From the NCBI GenBank assembly GCA_964016885.1, contig OZ024750.1, positions 4,216,001-4,280,000 on the forward strand: 64,000 nucleotides of DNA, written 5' to 3'. Of the stretch, positions 54,483-64,000 are shown one piece after another. Source of the stretch: Eledone cirrhosa. Taxonomy: Eukaryota. Position 1 is the stretch's first letter, and the number at the start of each line of letters is the position of its first letter. The notes beneath the pieces are model-generated. The model was given only the letters and a program-made list of their open reading frames with translations, was not told the origin of the DNA and ran no database searches. A program made the translations under genes and the position numbers.

Positions 54483-55230
54483 CACATACACACACATTGT
54501 TGTATGTGTGTAACTGCAAGTACGTATATATATATGCTAAACATACACACATACACATTGTTGTATATGTGTAGATGCAAGTATGTATGTGTGTATATAT
54601 ATATATACACATTGTTGTATGTATATATATATACAGGGTGTCTCCCAAAATGTATATACACTTTAATTACCTGTACAGGCAATATTTATTAGAATGCTGT
54701 TGAATTGTGTATACATTTGGGGGGGGGGGGGCACTATATGTATACCCGCACACATACACACACATGCATACACACACTAATATGCACACACACATACACT
54801 AATATACACGCACACACTAATATGCACACACGCATCCACTAATATACACACACATACATTCACTACTATGCACACACACACATCCACTACTATGCACACA
54901 CACATTCACTAATATACACACACACACACACATCCACTAATATACACACACACATCCACTACTATGCACACACACACATCCACTAATATGCACACACACA
55001 CATGCACTAATATGCACACACACATCCACTACTATGAACACACACACATCCACTAGTATGCACACACACATTCACTAATATACACACACACACACATCCA
55101 CTAATATGCACACACACATCCACTAATATGCACACACACACATGCACTAATATGCACACACACACACATACACTACTATGCACACACACTCATCCACTAC
55201 TATGCACACACACACATCCACTAATATATA
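52375..55230. repeat. Cluster of punctuated microsatellite arrays: (TA)nTGTG(CA)n, (TG)nCAGTTCCT and (CA)nTCCACTAATATG
   Basis: Arrays at about 52375-52990, 53385-54140 and 54770-55230. Confidence 0.9.
54634..54738. mobile_element. Tc1/mariner-type MITE
   Basis: TA-CAGGGTGTCTCCCAAAATGTATA...TATACATTTGGGG..CAC; internal sequence matches 61991-62091. Confidence 0.65.
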
Positions 55231-55359
55231 TACTCATATATGCATAAATATATAGATAGATATGTACACATATATATATATACGCATATATACGCACATA
55301 TATATATATATATATACACACACAATGCACATTCTATAAATATACACAGCCATACATTA

Positions 55360-55441
<82 letters not shown>

Positions 55442-55476
55442 ATGCACATTCTATAAATATACACAGCCATACATTA

Positions 55477-55543
<67 letters not shown>

Positions 55544-55726
55544 GATGGTCTTTCCATCAGTTACGGTATATTATATTCCAATGACAAGTGTTTGGTCCAC
55601 TCGAAACTAGAGTGGTGATACCTGCTGAGGGTACCCCACGGTGAGATTGAACGCGGAACCACATATAATCAATACGGGCGTACAAATACACATATAGAAC
55701 ATACGCAACGCATACACACACACGGA

Positions 55727-55788
<62 letters not shown>

Positions 55789-55883
55789 CATTTTATTAAA
55801 GCTAAATAGTGAGGCTTGATAAAATAAATATTCAAACTCTACTTCTGTGTTGAGTACTCCTTTCTCTTGGGCGTCAACTATGT

Positions 55884-55926
<43 letters not shown>

Positions 55927-56249
55927 GAAAAATTGAACAGGGACAGAACAGAGAGGCAGTACGATAAATGTTTATTAAATTCACGCCCAGGAGAGTGGGG
56001 GGTAGATATATATATATATATATCCGTACGTAGTTGAATATGTATAGATATTATACACTATATAACAAGATTATGGTATCGATTTTGACTGGAATCGAAC
56101 CACGAACCGATCGTTTAAATATGATTCTATGGACCTTCGTGTTCGTATGGACAAGTGCTTGTCGCTGATTTCCGTAAGGCGTGAAGCGGATGATAAAAAG
56201 CTCTAGTAGTGCCCCTCTCTCTCTCTCTCTCTCACACACAATACCTTTC

Positions 56250-56297
<48 letters not shown>

Positions 56298-57206
56298 GTG
56301 TGTGTGAATTTTAAAGGTGTGTTATTTATTTTTCAGGCCTACTTCCCTGTTGTGTAAGAGCAGCAGGACCGAAGTACATAACTGACTCTACCAAAGAGCA
56401 TCTACGTGGTCATACGACCTGTTAGAAATACCAGTCAAATTTCTCTTTAATCACCCCCCCCCCCTGTGGACATAAAGAAGACAAGGACACTCGGTTATTA
56501 CACCGCATTTGAAACGAACATTATCTAACCCTAACCCTAACATTATCTAACCCTAATTTTAAAGCTCAGCCCTAATTTATTTCATATAAAGTTTGTTTCA
56601 ATTTAAAATGCAGATAAATAACGAAAAAACACCGAGTAATCGCACTCGTAGACAAACTCCTATAAAGATGCGTAGATCATAAGTTTGCTTAACCGGAGCA
56701 CACGACAAGTGGCCTTACCTGGTCGCATGACCTGGTAGAAATAGTAACGACGTTTCTCTCAAACCACACCTTAACGTCTTAAAAAAAAAAAAAAACGGAC
56801 ACTGTCTGAAAATAGGATGAGGTGGTCGAGATAGCTTGACCAAATTTGACCTGTGGCTAAACAACAGGCAGTTATTTTATCGATCACAATGAAATGGAGG
56901 GATAAATATATCTATTTATCTATCTATATATTTATGTATATACATAAAATATATTTAATTTTACTGGGTTGAAATGTGACTACGTATATGTGTGACAGGA
57001 ATATGTGTGACGTATATGTGTGACAGGAATATGTGTGACGTATATGTGTGACAGGAATAATCCGGCGTTAGGGTCGAGAGTTAATTGCACATGGTTATGT
57101 ATAAAAATAAAATAATAATGCAAAAAACGAGCAAAAATCCCCTCCACTTAGGATTAACAGAGATATCGCGTATGTGTGTGTGTGAGTATATATATGTATG
57201 TGTGAG

Positions 57207-57240
<34 letters not shown>

Positions 57241-57397
57241 CAAGTGAAAGAGGAAAACGTATATATGTGTGTGTGTGTGCAAGTGAGAAAAACAGATAAG
57301 TCGTTAATGTGTGTGTATACAAGTCACAAGGAATATTCGCGTATGTAAGCGAGACTCTCTCTCTCAGTGTGTGTGTGTGTGTGTATGTATATATATA

Positions 57398-57433
<36 letters not shown>

Positions 57434-59372
57434 AGTGCTAATGGTTGGTAAGAAACCTCCGTGACCTGTGTATATGCAGCGGTGTGTGTATATATATATA
57501 TATAGTACAAATGGTTGGTTGTAAGAAACCTCGGTGAGCTGTGTATGTGCAACTGTCAACGTATGAAGCGGTGTGTGTGTGTATTGTAAGTGTGTGAAGG
57601 AGCGCGTACGCGTTATATGAGGGACTAAAAACAGTGAAGGGAAGCCAAATCACTTCTGCACAATTCTCTCTCTCTCTCTATCTCTATCTTTCTCCCCCTC
57701 TCTCACCGCGGAAGGAATGACATTCATACACACACATGTGAATTTGTTTCTTTTTCTCTCTCATTCATGCAAGCAAACACATCCAGACACGTGCGTTGTG
57801 TTCTCCACATGCACGCAACACGTAAAATACACGCACACACAAACACACACACAGACTGACAGACACATACACATACAACATACTTTGACAGTGTAACCAC
57901 CATATATCCGGACACGCTCCAGAGAAACGGCAAGCCGGAAAAAATGAAATCGAACTGTCTCATGAAAATACTGAAGAAATTACTGAAGAAGAAAAAAAAA
58001 AAAAAATAATAAAGACTACGTTAACATATAAATAAAGCGAAAAAGAAATACAGGGTGAAATGTGACAAATGAGACAAGGAGAAAGACAGAAAAATAAAGA
58101 GACATAGCGACAGAGGCAGCGAAAACACAACGAATGATGTTTTGGAATCAGGGGAATATTCCGTTCGTTTAATTCCCACCTGAAGAAACATAAATGGTAC
58201 CAAACATCAAAATGCATTCCTTTTTTTCCATTGCAACAACACTTTTTTTTTTAATATGTTCTTTTTTTCCGGGAAAGGTATGGAAGAAAGTGAAACTCAT
58301 TACTTTTTTTTTTCAGACATATCGCGCGCGTACACACACGCACCTAATATCGTTTTTATTAAAATAGATAGAAATGAGTTTGAGAGAGAGAGAGAGAGAG
58401 AGAGAGGTAAAAATAATAATTAATAGAGAGACCATCTAGGGTCGGTCGAACATTTAGTTAAAGTCAGATTACCAGTGGTCGCTTTTGAAGAGATTACATC
58501 GTAAATACAATATATAGTGATTCTTATACACCTCATTAGATTACAAAGGCTATTTATATTTAGGCTGGTCAGTTTCTACAGATTGTAAATTACTTCGACT
58601 GTCTCAGTAATCACTCCGTGTAGTGACCAGTTGATACAGACTGATTTAAAGTGGTCACTTTCAAATATAGTTTGCAACCTATTTTCTGTGTTTTGTGTGT
58701 AGTATATCGATGAATGCAATATACGATACCATAATTATTGAAAGATCTTTAGAATATTGTCGTATGTGTTGTGTTGTATATGTCGGAGGTGGCGATGGGG
58801 TAAATATCCGCATGGGGTGTAAATGAAGCAAGCTATCGACACGGATAAGCAATCGATTGATTGAATATATGCATATATAGAATGGTTTGGTATGAACATG
58901 TGCATGAGAGGATATGAGAAGGAGAGGGTAGAGAGAAAGGAAACCTGGGTGTAACCGGAGTTGTTACTCCGGTATACACGGTTTATAGACCATCGTTGTA
59001 TGTATGTAAGGATATACAACTAGGGGACACTCATTATATATATAATTATTGTTGTTTTGATCGATGTTTATCAATGCAGCCATACAAAATCGATACCTGT
59101 GTGAATGCGTGCGCGCGCGTGTATTTGTGTGTGTGTGTACTACATAAACAATACAACCGAAGGAGATGTGGTCTCGGCCAGGGGGAGGCGAAGTAACTAG
59201 AAAACTGAAAGTGCTGGAGGGTCCCTAAAGTAAAATAAATGCAACAACAACAACAACCATAGCAACAGAAGCAATAATAACAAACAAGCTAGAAAGGGAG
59301 TCAAATGAGAGATAATGAAAGGTCGGAAAATGGAAGTGGGGTGGAAAAAAAAAACAAGGTCCGAACACTTAC

Positions 59373-59454
59373 CGTACAATATCCATGTTAGAAGTATGAG
59401 TAAAATGTGGCCATAGTTGTTAGCTGGTCCCATGCCTGAGGAAACTGCTGACAT
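59373..59454 (-). CDS. Probable first coding exon (signal peptide) of a secreted or membrane protein
   Basis: MSAVSSGMGPANNYGHILLILLTWILY+G, then a G|GTAAGT donor (59372-59367), phase 1; in-frame stop upstream; unique CpG-rich context. Confidence 0.6.
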
Positions 59455-59599
59455 TCGAGTAAATCTGGTACATCCAACATGCTTTTAAACGTGTTTTACA
59501 ATACAGTGCAGGTTCACCGGCTTCAACAGCGGTAAACTGGCTCGACTTGATAGCAGCATAGTCCGATCTTGGCCGACCTATTCGAGGCTCTTTCGCACT

Positions 59600-59640
59600 C
59601 TCAGTCTATCTGACGTATACAACTCCGCCCCCACTAAGCC
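59600..59640. promoter_or_regulatory. Candidate proximal promoter motifs
   Basis: TGACGT 59611-59616 and GC-box CCGCCC 59625-59630, about 160 bp upstream of the ATG and next to a long CT-rich tract. Confidence 0.3.
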
Positions 59641-61925
59641 TTTGTCTTTCTCTTTCTATCACACCCTCTCTCTCACTCTTTTCCACTCTCTATCTGTCAC
59701 TCTTCTGCGCTTTCTCTCTTTCGGTCACTTTTGCTTACCATCTCTCTCTCTCTCTCCTTCTCTCACTCGTGCTCACTTTTCTATTCACTCACTGTCTATT
59801 AATTTCCATCTAGCTTTCTTTTCCTGACGTGCTTTTAACTCCTCCGTCACTTTCAGTCTATATGTTTGCCTGTATTTATCTCTCTCTTTCCGGTTTCCAC
59901 ACTTTCTCCCTCTTCCTGTCACTCACTGTTTTCTTATCGGTTTGACGCGCTTAGCTCCGCAGCCAGCTTAACATATATGTATATTTCTCTCTCTATCTCT
60001 CTCTCTCTGTCACTCTTCTGCACACACATACACAATATCTCCCCCTCTCTGATGCACTTAAAACCAATCTGTCAGTTAGCATATGTCTCTAATTCCCACA
60101 CATATACATACACTCTTTCTAACTCACCCTCTTTTTTTCATATACTTTCTCTTTTTCTGTCGATTTCACTCCCTTTCAGTTTTCCCGTATTTGTGTGAAT
60201 GGAGAGAAAAAAAAGAGAGACTCTCTCAGACTGATTATATCTTTATCTCTCTCATTAACTGACAAAAAGTGCTCTTTCCACGGGGCTTCAGTTATTTTCC
60301 TTTCACTAAGATTCACACACTTACACACGTTCGGCTTCGTATTTCTCTCTATATTTCTCTGTTGTGGTGTAACACTTCTGTCTTATTCTTTTTACCCTGT
60401 GTTTTCGTCTTCGTCTTATTTTCTCTTCCGGACCTGCAGGGCTCTGATAGATGTTACCTATCGCCGATATGTGAAGACAACAAATACGAATACAGAAAAA
60501 TTGAAGAACTCGTAGCAGGCTATGTTTTGTTTAGTAAGATCCAACTGACGGAAAGAGTCGTCGGTAGGTGACTCTAGCAACGATCAGTTCTTTGGTGGGT
60601 AATATGGGCGTGTTTGACAGCGGCAGGGCTGTCTGTTCTGGACTGACGAAATATCCGCCAGTATAGAGGTGAACGTTCGTGGTCTGACAGGTTGGGTTGG
60701 ATAACCTTATTCTGTCGGTTACAAATCAATGGCTTACATAGATATATGAATATGAATATATTCTAACTCTCTGTCTTTATGCATACACATTAAGGGTGTC
60801 TATATATATGTATGTGTGTGTGTGTTGGTGAGCTTGTATTTCGTCTGTTAAAAGGAAATAAGGATATACAGGTTCTCGAAAAAGACAAACAAATGATTGC
60901 GTTTCTATAAACACGGGTTTATGCACAATATGCGCGCGTTTATGTGTGTGTGTGAGGTATATTATCTGGAAGTGGGAGACAGTAATAAACGTATCCAAAT
61001 GCAGTATTTATAAATTATAGACAGGGTAGCGGAGTCAACTGGGTGGGTGAGTGTTGGTTGTATTTGTGACAAGACTTTGGACAGTTGCTCCTTCGTAAAA
61101 AGGAATCACGACTGCTGCAGTTTTATATATTTTTTTCCTCCTTCTGCTATCGTTTTCTTATTTCTTTTGGAAACACCTTTCGATATTCTGGGGTGGTTTT
61201 TGGTTAATATTTTCTTTTCTAACTCCTCGATAACATCTGCGCCTTATTTGATCTCTTAAGTCTTATGACAGTTATTTTCTTCCTATCACTGACATTTCTT
61301 AATTGTTTTTGCTTTGTTTTTCAATGCAGTTGTGATTGTAATAATAATAATGTCGAGTAGACGTTTGATTCTGTCATAGTTTCCGTCGAATTGTTGCCTG
61401 CTCGTGATGGCTGGTCTGGGGGTACCGGTGCTGTCGTTCCGTGGTGACCTTTGCCATCTATTTCTATTGAGCTTAATCATTCGATAACTGAATTGCAAAT
61501 ACACTACACTGGTTAATCTAAGTTTATTGCAGATTCTAAATAATAAACACATCGTGACATACCAAATGACGAACTGCAATAAGAGACAGAAGCGTTAGTT
61601 TTTAAAAAACAAACAAAGCCAAACTCCTTTAATACGTAGTTACAGAACGACGACTGGTCGTTGTTTACAATATGAGTGACATTGAAACTACATATGGATT
61701 ATTGCATACCGATACTTAAAACTGTGCACCACTTTAAATAAATTGTTGCATTGCATATCAATATTTTAGTGTTTTATTGCAATTTTACTATATTCTATTA
61801 CAAGTGACAAAACTTCAACGCTCCACTGCATATATTATTGCACGATATCACCTCGATAAAGGTGCTACATTTAATACACTGAGTTCATTGTTCTGAGTTC
61901 AAATCTAGCCGTGGACTAACACCCC

Positions 61926-61990
<65 letters not shown>

Positions 61991-61993
<3 letters not shown>

Positions 61994-62089
61994 CGTGCCT
62001 CCCCCAAAAATGTATACGCACTTTGATTACCTGTACAGGCAATATTTATTAGGATGCACAACCTTTGTGTATACATTTTTGGGACAGCC

Positions 62090-62091
<2 letters not shown>
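61991..62091. mobile_element. Tc1/mariner-type MITE
   Basis: TA-CAGCGTGCCTCCCCCAAAAATGTATAC...GTATACATTTTTGGGACAGCCTG. Confidence 0.65.
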
Positions 62092-62174
<83 letters not shown>

Positions 62175-62434
62175 TCATTCTATTACAATTTTCTTTTACA
62201 CAATTTTACAAAAGCTTCGATTTTATTTTCCACACACTTGGGAACAACGGAATTTCACTTTTGAAACACTTAGGCACTCCAGAATACTCAGGGACAGTGT
62301 TCCGCATGTGAAGTGGGATTAAATCCCTGGTTCCCTTTATATATGAGCTATCTCTGTTAAACCCACCCAAGGAACATGTGATGATGTCGAATAGAGCTAC
62401 AGATTAAGTCTATCAAACGAGAAGTCTAATAAAG

Positions 62435-62573
62435 GTTTCTGACTTAGGCACGAGACCAGCAATTTCAGGGGAGGGGAAAGTCGATTAAATTGACCCCAGT
62501 GTATTACTGGTACTATATTTTATCGACCCCGTAAGGATGAAAGGCAAAGCTAACCTCGGCGGGATTTGAACTC
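62435..62573 (-). mobile_element. SINE group A, 3' part
   Basis: Matches 44792-44920. Confidence 0.8.
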
Positions 62574-63049
62574 GCAAAAGATGCTTGGTGTCATGTGGTT
62601 ATCAGTGGAACACCCCTGATCATAGGTTTGCTCTAACAGGACTGACCTGGGGTTAAACAACAATGATAGTAACAGCTTATAAGATGGTTATTATATATGT
62701 CTTTGTTTCTTAGAGTTTATACATACATGCTTAACCGACAAATTATAGACGAGGGGAAATATTAAACCTGTTTCATGCCACAATACCATTATTTTCTCTA
62801 CAAAGAATTACTTCTAACAGATACATGGTCGCAGTCTTATAAATTTATCTCTTAAAGTGTCGGACAAGTGAAATTAACTAACGTTATCAATTTCTATTCT
62901 AATTACCCAGTGCAATAAAGTACCAGTAATGCACTGGGTAATTGCTGGCCTTGTGCCTAAAGTAGAAACAGTTATCAATATCTATTCTCAGAGCTGCACG
63001 GAAACTTTTTTTTTTTTAAAAATTCTTTATTATTGGTGACACTGAGAAA

Positions 63050-63236
63050 AGGCGGTGGTTTAGCAACATCGGTAGAGCGTCGGGCGACATGCCTTGTGAC
63101 ATATAAATCCCGTCGAGGTTAGCTTTGCCTTTCATTCTTACAGGGATCGATAAAATAAAGTACCAGTAACGCACTGGGGTTGATTTAATCGACTTTCCCC
63201 TCCCCAATTGTTGGTCTTGTGTCTAAATCAGAAACT
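63050..63236 (+). mobile_element. SINE group A
   Basis: ggcggtggtttagcaacatcggtagagcgtcgg...gcctttcattcttacagggatcgataaaataaagtacc. Confidence 0.8.
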
Positions 63237-63426
63237 CTTATTAATGATCCTGTAAAGACCAGAGTCACCTCCCCCCCCTTTCTCTCTGTTTTCTAAATTT
63301 CAAATAAAATACTGAAGCGAAAGTATACAATTACATTGGAAGTGTTGAGTGAAATCCCGTGTTTTCTAAATGACACAGAGGACTGGGAAACTGATTGTTT
63401 GGTATGTAAGCCTGGCATATATTCCT

Positions 63427-63651
63427 AGGCCCGTCGCCAGGCTTTGGTGCTCGGGGGTGACGGGACGGGGGTAGGGAAACGCGGGACTTAAAATATTCTT
63501 GATGGGTACTCTATCTTAAGGAACGTATTTCGGGACGTTTAAAAAATTTTTTTTTATAAACTATATTTTCTAAACCTGGGAGTGAACCATTGATAAGTGG
63601 CGGGGGGGGGGGGGTGTACTATCTAGTGACGCTCTTAGTGGCGACAGACCC
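63427..63651. mobile_element. Non-autonomous TIR element, possibly PIF/Harbinger-like
   Basis: AGGCCCGTCGCCA ... TGGCGACAGACCC (10/13 inverted match); second copy at 1014. Confidence 0.45.
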
Positions 63652-63841
63652 ACATATGCTTCCGTCCCGAATAAATGTGCCATTTATTTGCTAAGTCCTT
63701 AACTCAGACATTAACAAAAGAGACATTCCACGAGAAAGATGGTCAATCATATTAACAGTTTTTGTTTTCTTTTAATTTCATTAATCTTTTTGTAAAATAT
63801 GGCTGCAAAATAAAATAAAGTATCTGCATTGTTTCTTTCTC

Positions 63842-64000
63842 GGGCGGTGGATTGGCAGTATCGGTAGAGAGTCGGACGCCATGCTTTGAAGCATAGAGTC
63901 ACGTCCCTTTACGGTCTGAGTTCAAATCTCGCCAAGGTTAACTTTGCCTTTCATTTTTGCGGGGGTCGATAAATTAAAGTACCAGTAATGCACTGGGATA
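63842..64000 (+). mobile_element. SINE group A, running off the window end
   Basis: gggcggtggattggcagtatcggtagagagtcggacgcc...gagttcaaatct. Confidence 0.85.

Larger units (their letters stand above)
55540..64000. promoter_or_regulatory. CpG-retaining domain around a probable gene 5' end
   Basis: CG dinucleotides are visibly frequent here (gcgcgtacgcg, atcgcgcgcg) and rare in unique DNA to the left; not quantified. Confidence 0.6.

Noticed and set aside
58021-58203. Minus-strand acceptor tttcttcag|GTG as exon 2 of the signal-peptide gene
   Set aside because: A phase 1 join reads GGT GGG AAT TAA, giving an immediate stop

Overview
AT-rich, microsatellite-saturated animal genomic DNA. The SINE and LINE content suggests an octopus or other coleoid cephalopod (inference). 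Almost every ORF in the track is a low-complexity artefact. The only credible host coding sequence is a short minus-strand exon at 59373-59454 encoding a signal-peptide-like stretch and ending in a GTAAGT donor. It lies in a CpG-rich zone (about 55.5-64 kb) that abuts a CpG-depleted zone, which is probably its very long intron. That zone is packed with two tRNA-derived SINE groups, RTE and R4/Dong LINE 3' fragments, a TTAA-flanked piggyBac-type MITE family, Tc1/mariner-type MITEs, minisatellites and many fold-back inversions. The most striking unannotated signal is about 11 hammerhead-ribozyme motifs, plus 2 half motifs, mostly in short non-coding elements embedded in (TA)n tracts that resemble Penelope-like pseudo-LTRs or retrozymes. 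Six of them form a distinct subfamily with an invariant C.C mismatch at position 4 of a covarying helix II, a (UA)n helix III and an AUA cleavage triplet. All calls were made by eye, so repeat boundaries are approximate.
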